A DNA stretch of 64,000 nucleotides from Candidatus Omnitrophota bacterium (lineage in GTDB: Bacteria; Omnitrophota; Gorgyraeia; Gygaellales; Profunditerraquicolaceae): positions 41,690 to 105,689 of the forward strand of contig QZKA01000019.1 in the NCBI GenBank assembly GCA_003598135.1, read 5' to 3'. Below, one piece after another: positions 1-10,403 of the stretch. The notes beneath the pieces are model-generated. The model made no database searches. It was not told where the DNA came from and was given only the letters and a program-made list of their open reading frames with translations. The translations under genes were made by a program, and so were the position numbers. The number at the start of each line of letters is the position of its first letter. Position 1 is the stretch's first letter.

Positions 1-621
1 ACCCGTGCCGATCCCCAATTCCAGAGGAACGGTTTTTTTGTCAATCCCGACCAAGGCCTTAGGCCGCAACACACCCTTTGCCTGGTCCAAGAAGACAATA
101 ATCCCTTTCTTGGCCCTTAAAGACCGCACCATCGTCTCCAGGATAAACTGTACAAGTAAATCGAAATTGTCTATCGAGTTGACGGTCTGGCCGATCCGGG
201 AAAGGATCTGATATATAGTCGTCTTGGTTTCTTTCAACTCCTTGACGTTTTCTTCAAGGTTAGTGATGATTTCACTAAACGCCCTTGCCAGGTGCGCTAT
301 TTCTTCATCGCCCTGCGCTAATTCCATGAGCGTGTTTTTATCTATCTTATCGAGCTTATCCAGATTTGTGCTTTTCAGTTTGTTGCTTAAGGTAACGATT
401 TTTAAAAGGAAACTTCGCGTCCCCCAAAAACCCAATACAGAAAGTATCCCTGCAATCAACAATAACACCTTGGAGTTTAGGTACACATTTAGCATCCCTG
501 AACCCGCTGCAGACTGCAACAAGATATAGATGAGGATTATAAAGGGAATCACCGACGCAACAAGAAAATATACATAAAATTGCTTCAGGATCGATTCCTG
601 TCTTACGGATTTTACTTTCAT
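1..621 (-). CDS. Signal-transduction protein, N-terminal part only: a transmembrane segment, a HAMP-like linker and the start of a GAF-like sensor. Partial; it runs off the window start.
   Basis: My own minus-strand translation from the ATG at 621..619 gives MKVKSVRQESILKQFYVYFLVASVIPFIILIYILLQ... with no stop before position 1. It has a hydrophobic N-terminus, then LAQGDEEIAHLARAFSEIITNLEENVKELKE (HAMP-like) and DNFDLLVQFILETMVRSLRAKKGIIVFLD (GAF-like). It is missing from the ORF track because it is open-ended. Confidence 0.5.
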   Translation of the reverse strand, partial: MKVKSVRQESILKQFYVYFLVASVIPFIILIYILLQSAAGSGMLNVYLNSKVLLLIAGILSVLGFWGTRSFLLKIVTLSNKLKSTNLDKLDKIDKNTLMELAQGDEEIAHLARAFSEIITNLEENVKELKETKTTIYQILSRIGQTVNSIDNFDLLVQFILETMVRSLRAKKGIIVFLDQAKGVLRPKALVGIDKKTVPLELGIGTG

Positions 622-622
622 C

Positions 623-2287
623 TTATGCCAAGCCCTCAATCATGCGGTTAATTGCCTCCCCTGCGGGGACCATCGGGAACACGTTCTCTTCCGGCTCAAT
701 GTGAAAATCGATGAATACCGTATTTTCCGTCGCAATGGCCTTTTCAATTGCCGGCCTTACTTCTTCTTTTTTGGTCACGCGTATCCCTACCGCTCCGTAG
801 CTCTCAGCAAGCTTTACAAAATCGGGCCCAGAAATACAGGTATGGGAATAACGCTTTTTGTAAAACAACTCCTGCCACTGTCTCACCATGCCTAAATAAC
901 CGTTGTTCAATATGGCGACTTTCACATGAATTTTGTTACAAACACAAGTGGCCAGCTCCTGGACGTTCATCTGTATTGAACCGTCTCCGGCTATATCAAA
1001 AACTATTCTTTCGGGACAGCCGACTTTTGCTCCCATCGCCGCCGGAAAACCAAAACCCATGGTGCCCAAACCGCCCGAAGAAAGAAACGTCCGGGGATGG
1101 CTATATTTATACCACTGCGCAGCCCACATCTGGTTCTGCCCGACCTCAGTGGTAATTATCGCTTCTGAGCCAGTCGCTTCATCAATTTGTTCAATCACGT
1201 ATTGCGGCTTGAGCTTGCCTTCTGCCTTATAAGACAAGGGGGACTTCTTCTTCCAGCTCTCAAGTGTTTTTAACCAATCGGAGGTTTCCGGCACCTTAGT
1301 CAATTCCTCCAATAACTGCCCCAATACGTTTTTTGCATCGCCCACTATGGGGATATTGACTTTAATATTTTTACTTATGGAGGAAGGGTCGATATCAATA
1401 TGGATAACCTTTGCGTAAGGAGCAAACGCGTCGATGCGGCCGGTAACCCGGTCATCAAAACGCGCACCCACCGCAATAATAAGGTCCGATTCCATAATTG
1501 CATGGTTGGCATAGGCAGTCCCGTGCATCCCCAGCATCCCTAAGGAAAGTTCGTGTGTTGAAGGAAAACAGCCTATCCCCATAAGGGTCCAGGTAACCGG
1601 GGCGTTCATCTTTTCTGCTAATTCTTTAAGCGCCTGACTCGCATCCGAAGTAATCACTCCTCCCCCCACATAGAGAATCGGCTTTTTGCAGGAGGCAATC
1701 AATTTTGCGGCTTTCTTTATCTGGCCGGGATGGCCGTAATAATTCGGCTTATATCCCCTGATATTTACCTCTTCGGGCCAGACAAATTCAACGTCTTTCT
1801 GTTGCACATCCACCGGGATATCAATAAGCACCGGGCCGGGCCTTCCGGTTGAAGCTACGTGAAATGCTTCTCTTACGATACGCGCTAAGTCTTTGGCGTC
1901 TTTTACCAAATAATTGTGCTTTGTAATAGGCCTGGTGATGCCGGTCACATCGGCCTCCTGGAATGCATCATTGCCGATCAGGTGTGTTTTAACCTGCCCG
2001 GTTATCGCAATCATAGGAATAGAATCCATGTAGGCGGTTGCAATACCGGTTGTAAGATTAGTTGCACCCGGCCCAGAAGTAGCCAGACACACTCCCATTC
2101 TACCGGTTGCACGGGAGTAGCCATCTGCTGCATGCGCAGCTGCCTGCTCATGGCGGGTAAGGATAAAACGCATTTGCGCATCATAGAGTTTGTCAAACAA
2201 AGGCAGAACCTGTCCGCCAGGATACCCGAATATGACTTCTATCCCTTCGCGCCTTAAACTCTCAATCAAAATTTCTGCGCCAGTCAT
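623..2287 (-). CDS. ilvB: acetolactate synthase large subunit (a thiamine-diphosphate enzyme)
   Basis: 554 aa; typical acetolactate synthase N-terminus ([18 protein letters not shown]...SGPGATNL) and a thiamine-diphosphate-binding region ([16 protein letters not shown]...IAGDGS). Confidence 0.93.
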   Translation of the reverse strand: MTGAEILIESLRREGIEVIFGYPGGQVLPLFDKLYDAQMRFILTRHEQAAAHAADGYSRATGRMGVCLATSGPGATNLTTGIATAYMDSIPMIAITGQVKTHLIGNDAFQEADVTGITRPITKHNYLVKDAKDLARIVREAFHVASTGRPGPVLIDIPVDVQQKDVEFVWPEEVNIRGYKPNYYGHPGQIKKAAKLIASCKKPILYVGGGVITSDASQALKELAEKMNAPVTWTLMGIGCFPSTHELSLGMLGMHGTAYANHAIMESDLIIAVGARFDDRVTGRIDAFAPYAKVIHIDIDPSSISKNIKVNIPIVGDAKNVLGQLLEELTKVPETSDWLKTLESWKKKSPLSYKAEGKLKPQYVIEQIDEATGSEAIITTEVGQNQMWAAQWYKYSHPRTFLSSGGLGTMGFGFPAAMGAKVGCPERIVFDIAGDGSIQMNVQELATCVCNKIHVKVAILNNGYLGMVRQWQELFYKKRYSHTCISGPDFVKLAESYGAVGIRVTKKEEVRPAIEKAIATENTVFIDFHIEPEENVFPMVPAGEAINRMIEGLA

Positions 2288-2288
2288 C

Positions 2289-3941
2289 TTATCTTAAAAC
2301 CGCTCCTTTATCTGCGGAACTGACCATCCTTGCATACCTGGCCAGATACCCTGTGTTAATTTTCGGAGGCACTGTTTTGACCGTTTTAAGCCTATGCTTG
2401 ATTTCTGAATCGCTCAATTTCACTTCCAGCTTCCTATGGGGAATATCAATAGTAATTATATCATTATCTTTTAAAATAGCAATCGGCCCGCCACTGGCTG
2501 CTTCGGGTGAAATATGCCCGATGCATGGCCCTTTGGTCCCGCCAGAGAACCGTCCGTCGGTGATAAGCGCAACGGAATCTGCCAGGCCCATTCCTACAAT
2601 AGCAGAAGTAGGCGCAAGCATCTCCCGCATGCCAGGACCTCCGCTTGGGCCTTCGTAGCGGATAACCACGCAATCCCCTTTTTTAATTTTATTGCATAAG
2701 ATTGCCTGCATCGCCTCTTCTTCTCGGTTAAAAACCTTTGCCCTCCCGGAAAACCTCATCATTTTTGCATTGACTGCAGATTGTTTCACCACCGCGCCTT
2801 CCGGGGCAAGGTTACCGTATAATACCGCAATCCCTCCCTGGGTATGATAGACCTTCTGAAGCGGGCGGATGACTTCTTCATCGTCGATCCGTGAATTATC
2901 CGCAATAGCAAACAGCCTTTCGCCGCTTAAATTGAGCGTATTGTGTAATTTTGCTCTGAGGCGCTTAAGTACTGCGGGAACCCCCCCTGCATACTCCAGG
3001 TCTTCCATAAAATGCGGCCCGGCTGGTTCAAGATTTGTGATATGCGGCGTACGCCTACTGACGGAATCAAACGTTTTTAAATGTAAAGGTATTGCCGCCT
3101 CATGAGCAATCGCCATTAGATGAAGCACCGTATTGCTTGAGCCGCCCAAAGCCATATCAACCGTTATCGCATTTTCCATGGATTGCTTAGTAATGATATC
3201 CAACGGTGTAATATTCTTTCTGACTAACTCCACAATCCGTTCTCCGCTTGCCTGGGCAATCCTGCGTTTTTTAGCTGAAATCGCAAGCGCTGTGGCACAT
3301 CCCGGCAGAGACATACCTAAGGTTTCGGTAATACAGGCCATGGTATTGGCAGTATAAAGCCCCTGACAGGAACCGGCTCCAGGACAAGCCTCCAATTCAA
3401 GACAGGTTAATTCTTTGTCGGAAATTTCGCCTTTTTTTGCACGGGCGAGTGCTTCGTAGGTATCGTGGACAAAAGCAAGTTTTCGCTGCCTGAGACGTCC
3501 GGAAAGCATAGGCCCGGCAGTCACGATAATCGCGGGAATATTAAGCCTCGCAACCCCCATGAGCATGCCCGGAGTAATCTTATCGCAATTAGTAAGACAG
3601 ACGATTCCGTCAAGGCTATGGGCATTACAAACGGTCTCGATGGTATCAGCAATGATTTCCCTTAAGGCCAGCGGATAACACATGCCAAGGTGCCCCATTG
3701 CAATGCCGTCGCAAATACCCGGGACGCCAAAAAAGAAAGGCACGCCGCCGCCATAACAGATGCCGCGTTCGATAAAACGTTCCAGATCCCGCATCCCGAT
3801 ATGGCCGGGGATCAGATCAGTAAAAGATGTGGCCACGCCGATAAAAGGCCTCGCTAAATCCTTCCTACTTAAACCTGTCGCATGCAAAAGCGCACGATGG
3901 GGAACGCGCTCCAGACCTTTCTTAATCTTATCTGAACGCAT
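2289..3941 (-). CDS. ilvD: dihydroxy-acid dehydratase
   Basis: 550 aa; IlvD/Edd family motifs ([31 protein letters not shown]). It abuts ilvB, so the two form an ilvDB operon. Confidence 0.93.
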   Translation of the reverse strand: MRSDKIKKGLERVPHRALLHATGLSRKDLARPFIGVATSFTDLIPGHIGMRDLERFIERGICYGGGVPFFFGVPGICDGIAMGHLGMCYPLALREIIADTIETVCNAHSLDGIVCLTNCDKITPGMLMGVARLNIPAIIVTAGPMLSGRLRQRKLAFVHDTYEALARAKKGEISDKELTCLELEACPGAGSCQGLYTANTMACITETLGMSLPGCATALAISAKKRRIAQASGERIVELVRKNITPLDIITKQSMENAITVDMALGGSSNTVLHLMAIAHEAAIPLHLKTFDSVSRRTPHITNLEPAGPHFMEDLEYAGGVPAVLKRLRAKLHNTLNLSGERLFAIADNSRIDDEEVIRPLQKVYHTQGGIAVLYGNLAPEGAVVKQSAVNAKMMRFSGRAKVFNREEEAMQAILCNKIKKGDCVVIRYEGPSGGPGMREMLAPTSAIVGMGLADSVALITDGRFSGGTKGPCIGHISPEAASGGPIAILKDNDIITIDIPHRKLEVKLSDSEIKHRLKTVKTVPPKINTGYLARYARMVSSADKGAVLR

Positions 3942-3983
3942 TGTATCACCTCCAAAAATGGCGGGTCAATGGTCTATTGTCTA

Positions 3984-3999
3984 TAGGCTATTGCCTATC
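3984..3999. promoter_or_regulatory. Perfect inverted repeat ATAGGC-tatt-GCCTAT, with flanking CTATTG direct repeats, in the ilvD 5' region. Candidate operator.
   Basis: Seen directly in the 80-nt intergenic region between the ilvD start at 3941 and the aldolase stop at 4022. Confidence 0.3.
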
Positions 4000-4021
4000 G
4001 ACCCATAGCAATTAATTATCG

Positions 4022-5347
4022 CTAATCGGCCCCTTCGCCGTCATGCTGTACTGCAGGGCCATCTTTTCGCTTACGGCTGATTACCCGTTTTAAGGTAACA
4101 AACTTATCTACTATTTCTTTATTCTGTACGGCATTGAGCTGTTTAAAAAGAAAATCGAACCTTTGTTCAATTTCGCCTGCAATGGCCTCCCTTGTTTCAC
4201 TCGGCAATCCCATAATATCTTTTTTAAAAGGCCCCAGTGCCTTTTTGCGTGTTTTATAGAAAAACTGCTCTTCTGTTTCTGCCTCCTTCTTCTCTGAGGC
4301 AGCATTAATGTTAAGCCATTCGTACATCCTTCTTTTTAGCTCTTGAGGGAAATGCGCGCTCTCATAAATCATATTCTGAAATTCCGTGGCAAGATGCACT
4401 TCGGCAGTCTCGCATTCCGGAAATTTATGAAAGGCTTCCTGAGGAAGCGTAGAAGCGCCGTGCTGCACTGCGCCGGCCAACCCATATTCTTTCCGCGCAA
4501 CTTCAGATAGGGTCTTGAGTGTCTCGAAATCTAGCTTTACCTGGGCAATAGTTCCGTCGGGTAACACGACACCTCCGTGAGAAGTCCCGGTCTGAACGCT
4601 GATTTTACTGATTCCATCGTAACCTTTACGCAGCCTTTCTTTATATCCTTCCATAAAGGCACGCAGGTCTTCAGGTGTAGAATTCTTGCTCCCTACTTCG
4701 CCTATCTCTCCGCCGACCGAAATCTCTAGCCCACGCGGCTGAATCTGGCGCATGAACTGGGTAAGTTTTGCGCAGACTTCATAATTAGACCGCTGTTGTT
4801 TCTTTATGTCGGTTTTGGTTAGGTCAACGACGGTTGAAGAATCGATATCAATATTGTAGAAACCCGCCTCCACCGACTCTTCGATCAGGGCCTTTAAGGC
4901 CTCCAGTTCTTTCTCAGGGTTTTCGCCGAACTTCTTGGCATTGACCTGAAAATGGTCTCCCTGGATAAATACGGGTCCGGAAAAATTCTCCTTAATGGCC
5001 GCGGCAAGAATCGCACTTGTATACTCAACAGGCGGCTGGGCAGTATAGCCCATCTCTGATCTTGCGATTTCAAAGATAAAAGCCCCGGCATTATTACGCT
5101 TGGCAACGCGGAATATTGCCCTCGCCAGGTCATAGGTCATGCTGCGTAAGTTTATCGCAGGCACGGTGAATCCGGCGAACTCTCCCTTGCCGCGGGCAAT
5201 ATATAGCTGGTGGATACTTGACGGATAAATCCCTTTTTTATAAGCCAGGTTGCGTATCTTTTTAGCCAACGCTTTTTTAACAAGCGGGTCATCGTTTGTT
5301 ACTAAATCAATGATTATTTTTTCGATATCGAGAGGCTTCCTTCCCAT
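4022..5347 (-). CDS. class II (metal-dependent) fructose/ketose-bisphosphate aldolase family, long form
   Basis: 441 aa; class II aldolase-like catalytic motifs (GDHFQV, SHGG, QHGAS). Assignment is to the family only; the substrate is not certain. Confidence 0.6.
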   Translation of the reverse strand: MGRKPLDIEKIIIDLVTNDDPLVKKALAKKIRNLAYKKGIYPSSIHQLYIARGKGEFAGFTVPAINLRSMTYDLARAIFRVAKRNNAGAFIFEIARSEMGYTAQPPVEYTSAILAAAIKENFSGPVFIQGDHFQVNAKKFGENPEKELEALKALIEESVEAGFYNIDIDSSTVVDLTKTDIKKQQRSNYEVCAKLTQFMRQIQPRGLEISVGGEIGEVGSKNSTPEDLRAFMEGYKERLRKGYDGISKISVQTGTSHGGVVLPDGTIAQVKLDFETLKTLSEVARKEYGLAGAVQHGASTLPQEAFHKFPECETAEVHLATEFQNMIYESAHFPQELKRRMYEWLNINAASEKKEAETEEQFFYKTRKKALGPFKKDIMGLPSETREAIAGEIEQRFDFLFKQLNAVQNKEIVDKFVTLKRVISRKRKDGPAVQHDGEGAD

Positions 5348-5364
5348 GAATCGGTCTCCTTTCG

Positions 5365-6330
5365 TTACAAAAGTAATTTAATCAACTGGTACAGCCTGTC
5401 CTGCTTGAACTCCTTCTTAGCCACCGCGTATTCCAGGTCAACTATATTTACTTCATCAGAAATAACGCCAAGCGCCTTTGCGCTATAGCCTTTAATCAAC
5501 AACTCTACTGCTTCGGCACCGAGCCGGCTTGCCAGAATTCTATCCTGCGCAGTAGGTGAGCCCCCTCTCTGGATATGCCCCAACACTACCACGCGCGTCT
5601 CAAGAGTAGTCATCTCGGAAATCTTCTTTGCGATATCCTCACCCCTGGCCTTGCCTTCGGCGGTCACGATAATCCAGCTCACCTTGCCCCGCAGGTTACC
5701 TTCGACAATATCCTGACAGAGGTTGTTAAAATCAAAATTTCTCTCAGGAATCAACGCATCCTCTACCCCGCCCGCTAACGCGACCTGAAGCGCGATAAAG
5801 CCGCTGTCTCTGCCCATTACCTCAACCACAAAAATCCGCTCCATGGAAGTAGCGGTATCCCGGATTTTATCAATCGCATCGAGCGCTGTATTTACTGCTG
5901 TATCTGAGCCGATAGTCGCATCCGTGCCGTTCAAATCGTTATCTATCGTTCCCGGTACCCCTATACAGGGTATCCCCCATTTTTTACTCAAGGCAATACC
6001 GCCACGGTAAGTGCCGTCGCCTCCTATTACTATCAGGCCGTCAATTTCGTTCTTGCGTATTATCTCAACGGCGTTACGTTGCCCTTGTTCGGTCATAAAT
6101 TCTTCGCTGCGGGCCGTCTTTAAAATAGTACCGCCACGGTTGATGATATTAGAAACGCTGCGGTGATCGAGTAATTTAAGCTCTTCATTAATAAGACCGG
6201 CGTAACCGCGAAAAATCCCCATTACCTCCAGCTTATAATGGATGGCACAACGCACTACGCTGCGTATCGCCGCGTTCATGCCCGGCGCATCTCCCCCAGA
6301 AGTCAATACTCCAATCCTTTTTATCGTCAT
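5365..6330 (-). CDS. pfkA: ATP-dependent 6-phosphofructokinase
   Basis: 321 aa; GVLTSGGDAPGMNAAIR, IGGDGTY, GTIDNDL, MGRDSGFIAL. Confidence 0.92.
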   Translation of the reverse strand: MTIKRIGVLTSGGDAPGMNAAIRSVVRCAIHYKLEVMGIFRGYAGLINEELKLLDHRSVSNIINRGGTILKTARSEEFMTEQGQRNAVEIIRKNEIDGLIVIGGDGTYRGGIALSKKWGIPCIGVPGTIDNDLNGTDATIGSDTAVNTALDAIDKIRDTATSMERIFVVEVMGRDSGFIALQVALAGGVEDALIPERNFDFNNLCQDIVEGNLRGKVSWIIVTAEGKARGEDIAKKISEMTTLETRVVVLGHIQRGGSPTAQDRILASRLGAEAVELLIKGYSAKALGVISDEVNIVDLEYAVAKKEFKQDRLYQLIKLLL

Positions 6331-6361
6331 GCCATTATATTCGGCTCTGCAATATCAATCG

Positions 6362-7618
6362 CTATGTCCCCAATTCCCAGCTAGACAGATAATTTCTCTG
6401 CTCTTTTGTAAGAGTATCAATCTTAATGCCCATAGATTTAAGCTTCAGCCTGGCAATATTCTTATCTATCGCCTCCGGGACACCGTATACTTTCCTGCCC
6501 AGTGTCCGATGCATCTTGGCAAGATACTCAGCACTCAGTGCCTGGTTTGCAAACGACATGTCCATAACCTGCGCTGGATGCCCTTCGGCAGAGGCAAGAT
6601 TAATGAGGCGGCCTTCCCCTAAAAGATAGATTTTACGTCCGTCTTTCAAAATATATTCGTCCACGAAATCGCGTATTCGTTTTTTACCTCTACTTAGTTT
6701 TTCTAAGGCAGGGATATCAAGCTCAACGTTAAAATGGCCTGCGTTGGCGATAATTGCACCGTCTTTCATGGATACAAAATGTCTGCCGCGGATAATATGG
6801 GTATCCCCGGTTACCGTCACAAATACCTCGCCTTGCCGGGCAGCTTCGTTAATAGGCATTACCCTGTAACCATCCATAGTCGCCTCTAGCGCACGCAAAG
6901 GGTCGACCTCAGAAACTATCACCTTAGCACCCATTCCTTTTGCCCGCATGGCAACGCCCCTGCCGCACCAACCATACCCGCACACTACCACGGTTGCGCC
7001 CGCCAACAATTTATTGGTAGCCCTGATTATACCGTCTATCGTTGACTGCCCCGTACCATAGCGATTATCAAAGAGGTGTTTGGTCTGGGCATCATTTACC
7101 GCTATAATCGGGTATCGCAGCTTCCCCTCTTTCGCCAAAGCCTTCAGCCGTATCACGCCGGTAGTCGTCTCCTCTGTGCCGCCGATAATATTACCGTGCA
7201 GCGTCTGCGAACGCCGGTGGATAGTGCTTACTAAATCTGCGCCGTCATCCATGGTAATCTCTGGTTTCATCGCAAGAGCCGATTCAATATGCCTATAATA
7301 CCTCTTTGTATCCTCACCTTTGACCGAAAACACTAAAATTCCAAGATGCGCGGCAAGCGAAGCTGCTACATCATCCTGCGTAGACAAAGGGTTGGAGGCA
7401 CACAACGCCACTGTTGCACCGCCAGCCTTGAGGGCTTCCATGAGCGCAGCAGTCTCTGTAGTGACATGCAAACAACAAGCTATTTTTAAATTTTTAAGTG
7501 GCCTCTCTTTTTTAAAACGCTCAAAAATCAACTTCAAGACGGGCATATTATTACGTGCCCATTCTATCCTTAAAGCCCCCTTCTTGGCCAGCTTGATATC
7601 CTTGATATCATACTTCAT
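6362..7618 (-). CDS. ahcY: adenosylhomocysteinase (S-adenosyl-L-homocysteine hydrolase)
   Basis: 418 aa; NAD-binding GYGWCGRG and SAHH motifs ([23 protein letters not shown]). Confidence 0.93.
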   Translation of the reverse strand: MKYDIKDIKLAKKGALRIEWARNNMPVLKLIFERFKKERPLKNLKIACCLHVTTETAALMEALKAGGATVALCASNPLSTQDDVAASLAAHLGILVFSVKGEDTKRYYRHIESALAMKPEITMDDGADLVSTIHRRSQTLHGNIIGGTEETTTGVIRLKALAKEGKLRYPIIAVNDAQTKHLFDNRYGTGQSTIDGIIRATNKLLAGATVVVCGYGWCGRGVAMRAKGMGAKVIVSEVDPLRALEATMDGYRVMPINEAARQGEVFVTVTGDTHIIRGRHFVSMKDGAIIANAGHFNVELDIPALEKLSRGKKRIRDFVDEYILKDGRKIYLLGEGRLINLASAEGHPAQVMDMSFANQALSAEYLAKMHRTLGRKVYGVPEAIDKNIARLKLKSMGIKIDTLTKEQRNYLSSWELGT

Positions 7619-7655
7619 ACGAACTCCTTTTCACTTGGTACGTCTATGCACTAAA

Positions 7656-7695
7656 CCTTAACCTCAGCCTTAACCTTCTATTGCTTAATTATAAT
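7656..7695 (-). promoter_or_regulatory. Putative ahcY promoter and leader element: a TATAAT -10 box (7695..7690), then 11 nt, then the tandem motif AGGTTAAGGCTGAGGTTAAGG (7676..7656).
   Basis: Read in minus orientation: ATTATAAT-taagcaataga-AGGTTAAGGCTGAGGTTAAGG, then about 35 nt, an AAAGGAG RBS and the ahcY ATG at 7618. The same 21-mer recurs at 14629..14649. Confidence 0.4.
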
Positions 7696-8852
7696 CGTGA
7701 TGCCTGTTTCTTCAGTAGTTCCGACTTATCTGTCTTCTCCCAGGTAAATTCAGGTTCTGTCCTTCCGAAGTGACCACCGCAAGCGGCGTTGCGGTAAATC
7801 GGACGTAGAAGATTAAGCGATTTTATAATCCCCTGAGGGCTAAGTTCAAAATTCTCTCTGATAAGTTTAATGAACTTCTCCTCTGATAATTTCCCCGTAC
7901 CGTACGTCTCTACACATATAGAAAGCGGCTCAGGATAACCAATCACATAGGATAACTGAATCAGGCATTTGGCTGCAAGTTCTGCGGCAACGATATTTTT
8001 AGCCACATAGCGAGCCATATACGCGGCTGACCGATCAACTTTCGTAGGGTCTTTGCCTGAGAATGCCCCGCCTCCATGCGCCACTGTACCGCCGTAGGTA
8101 TCCACAATAATCTTCCTACCGGTCATCCCCGTATCGGATTGCGGGCCGCCGATAATGAATTTACCCGTCTGATTTACATAGAATTTCGTATCCTGGTCTA
8201 TCCAGTTCTTTAGGACATATTTAGCGATTGTATCAATAAGTTCGCCCCGCGCCTTATTGGTAATATTATTCCCCGACTTATCGAGGATATCCTCCGTGTG
8301 TTGGCAGGCAAGCACCACCGAATCGACACGAACCGGCTTTCCGTTTTGATATTCCAGTGTCACCTGTGACTTGCCGTCAGGGCCTAAATATTTCAATATC
8401 TCTTTCTTACGAACCTCACTCATCCTGCGTATAAGCTTATGCGCCAGCATAATCGCCAAAGGCATCAATTCCGGAGTTTCGTCGCAGGCATACCCAAACA
8501 TTATCCCCTGATCCCCGGCGCCTCCGGCATCGACCCCCATCGCAATGTCCGGAGACTGGCTATGTATTGCATTCAATATGGCGCAAGTCTCATGATCAAA
8601 GCCGTATTTAGGATGCGTATACCCTATATCTTTTATCAGCTCCCGGCAAATCCTGTGGGTATCTACGTAACTGCGAGTCGTGATCTCTCCTCCTACAATC
8701 AATAATCCCATAGTCACGTATGTCTCGCACGCCACGCGCCCCTTGGAGTCTTGCCTGAGCACCTCATCGAGGATCGCATCAGATATCTGGTCGCAGAGTT
8801 TGTCCGGATGCCCTTCGGCAACTGATTCTGAAGTAAAAAACGATTTCGACAT
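7689..8852 (-). CDS. metK: S-adenosylmethionine synthetase
   Basis: 387 aa; N-terminal [13 protein letters not shown], plus [16 protein letters not shown]. Confidence 0.95.
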   Translation of the reverse strand: MSKSFFTSESVAEGHPDKLCDQISDAILDEVLRQDSKGRVACETYVTMGLLIVGGEITTRSYVDTHRICRELIKDIGYTHPKYGFDHETCAILNAIHSQSPDIAMGVDAGGAGDQGIMFGYACDETPELMPLAIMLAHKLIRRMSEVRKKEILKYLGPDGKSQVTLEYQNGKPVRVDSVVLACQHTEDILDKSGNNITNKARGELIDTIAKYVLKNWIDQDTKFYVNQTGKFIIGGPQSDTGMTGRKIIVDTYGGTVAHGGGAFSGKDPTKVDRSAAYMARYVAKNIVAAELAAKCLIQLSYVIGYPEPLSICVETYGTGKLSEEKFIKLIRENFELSPQGIIKSLNLLRPIYRNAACGGHFGRTEPEFTWEKTDKSELLKKQASRL

Positions 8853-8854
8853 AT

Positions 8855-9604
8855 CTATTCTCTCCTTTTTGAAAGTAACCGGTTTAAGGTTATATACGTA
8901 TCTACGCGCCCGATATCAAACCAGAGGGACCGGAATCGAAATCCGAATACCTCATCGTGCGCAATGAGCCATTTGATGTATGCCCCTACGGCATCGCGAT
9001 AATTGCCTGGGTCGGCGAGATAACGTTTTACCAAAGGCACCTTGACAGAAGGAAAATAATAAAGACACATCGCTACCAATGTCGACTTCGGTGCTTCGGG
9101 TTTTTCTTGAAATTCCAAGATACGTTTTGTTTTTCCCATTCTTAATACCCCATAGTGGCGTGCCTGTTTTTTATCACCTATATCCACCGCTCCTATGGTG
9201 ATTCCGGGAGATTTGCGCTGTGCAAAACGTATAAAGCCATCAAGCCAGCCCTTAAAGAAATTATCGCCTCCAAGCACAAGAAAATCCCCTTTGTAACCTT
9301 CCTTCTTAAACACCAATTCCATATCCTTAATTGCGCCCAGCTTGTCTTTTGGACTCTTACTAAGATCGTTTACAATTTCCAGCACAAGCCTCGTGCGCAC
9401 ACTCTTCTTCCAGTACACAAAGTGCTTGTAAAACCTGCTGTTTGTTACCACAATAACCTTGGAAACATCACTCCTGCGCTCAAGCTTATGCAAGAGATAC
9501 TCAATAATAGGCCTACCTTTGACGTCAAGCAAGGGCTTGGGGAAGTTTTTGGTGTAAGGGTATAAACGGGTACCGTAGCCGGCTGCAAGAATCACTACCT
9601 TCAT
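8855..9604 (-). CDS. sugar-1-phosphate nucleotidyltransferase of the NTP-transferase family (mannose-1-phosphate or glucose-1-phosphate type)
   Basis: The likely true start is [14 protein letters not shown] at 9604, where the GxGTRL pyrophosphorylase motif sits. The track ORF extends to 9646 and overlaps the upstream gene. It abuts the cupin glucose-6-phosphate isomerase. Confidence 0.75.
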   Translation of the reverse strand: MKVVILAAGYGTRLYPYTKNFPKPLLDVKGRPIIEYLLHKLERRSDVSKVIVVTNSRFYKHFVYWKKSVRTRLVLEIVNDLSKSPKDKLGAIKDMELVFKKEGYKGDFLVLGGDNFFKGWLDGFIRFAQRKSPGITIGAVDIGDKKQARHYGVLRMGKTKRILEFQEKPEAPKSTLVAMCLYYFPSVKVPLVKRYLADPGNYRDAVGAYIKWLIAHDEVFGFRFRSLWFDIGRVDTYITLNRLLSKRRE

Positions 9605-9605
9605 C

Positions 9606-10403
9606 CTAAAGCAACCCTCCCGAGGAATTGACGAATACATCCGCATAGTTAAAATCTAAAGGCCGGTTGAGAAAAGCAAGCTTTTCGGGACTGCGGTTAA
9701 TCAACGGATACATAGGGCTTCCTTCGGCAAGCCCGAATGCCTCAATTCTGCCAGCGGGCTCGACGATGCGAAGCGCAGTAACCTTCTTAAAATTAGGATT
9801 GGGGATATATGTTACTTTTGCGTTTTCCTGCATAATAAAATAGGCCGCGCCCTGCGTTTCTTTATACAATTCGTATTCCGACTTAAATTCGCTGCTTACC
9901 CAATTAGAGGTGACTAGATGTTGCGGACCGGGATTAACGAGAATGTGCCCAAATCCGGGCGGAATGACTATCTTTTGCCCCGCCTTTGCCTTCACCAAAA
10001 TCGCCTCTTCAATCACGGTAGCATCTTCAGTCCGGTAGCGCTGCAAAAGGCAGAAACACCTGCCGTGTAACACCTCGTATAATTCCCCAAAATCTCCTGG
10101 ATGATAGTGCCCGGCAGTCTTCATAAGCTCCTTACCGAGCATGTCGGGTTTTATTAACGTCACGTCATAGCGCAATTTATGCGATTGTAATAATCCCGTG
10201 TCTTTCTTCATATACACATCTCGATACATATAATATAATTCCTTGGGAAGCACAAGCGTCTTATCAAGGATAACCTCGCGCATCTCTTCCAATGTCCGTA
10301 TGCCAGGCGCATGGGCATTGAGCTCTGTGGCAAATACTAATTCCGGCTTAGCGGTATCTAAGGATATCTCTACCCCTGAGAAACCCTTGAGCGCAGCTAT
10401 CAT
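9606..10403 (-). CDS. cupin-type glucose-6-phosphate isomerase (archaeal-style cPGI), possibly also a mannose-6-phosphate isomerase
   Basis: 265 aa; it has the cPGI signature pair TAGHYHPGDFGELYEVLHG (TxGHxH...ExY) and IPPGFGHILVN (PPxxxHxxxN). Confidence 0.55.
   Translation of the reverse strand: MIAALKGFSGVEISLDTAKPELVFATELNAHAPGIRTLEEMREVILDKTLVLPKELYYMYRDVYMKKDTGLLQSHKLRYDVTLIKPDMLGKELMKTAGHYHPGDFGELYEVLHGRCFCLLQRYRTEDATVIEEAILVKAKAGQKIVIPPGFGHILVNPGPQHLVTSNWVSSEFKSEYELYKETQGAAYFIMQENAKVTYIPNPNFKKVTALRIVEPAGRIEAFGLAEGSPMYPLINRSPEKLAFLNRPLDFNYADVFVNSSGGLL

Noticed and set aside
8855-9646. N-terminal extensions in track ORFs (NTP-transferase 9646, SpoIID 61756, ScpA 63958, RuvB 63159, secreted protein 19265, zinc ribbon 29816)
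   Set aside because: Each extension overlaps the upstream gene or a tRNA, lacks an RBS, and precedes a canonical family N-terminus or signal peptide that has its own RBS. Internal starts were used instead.
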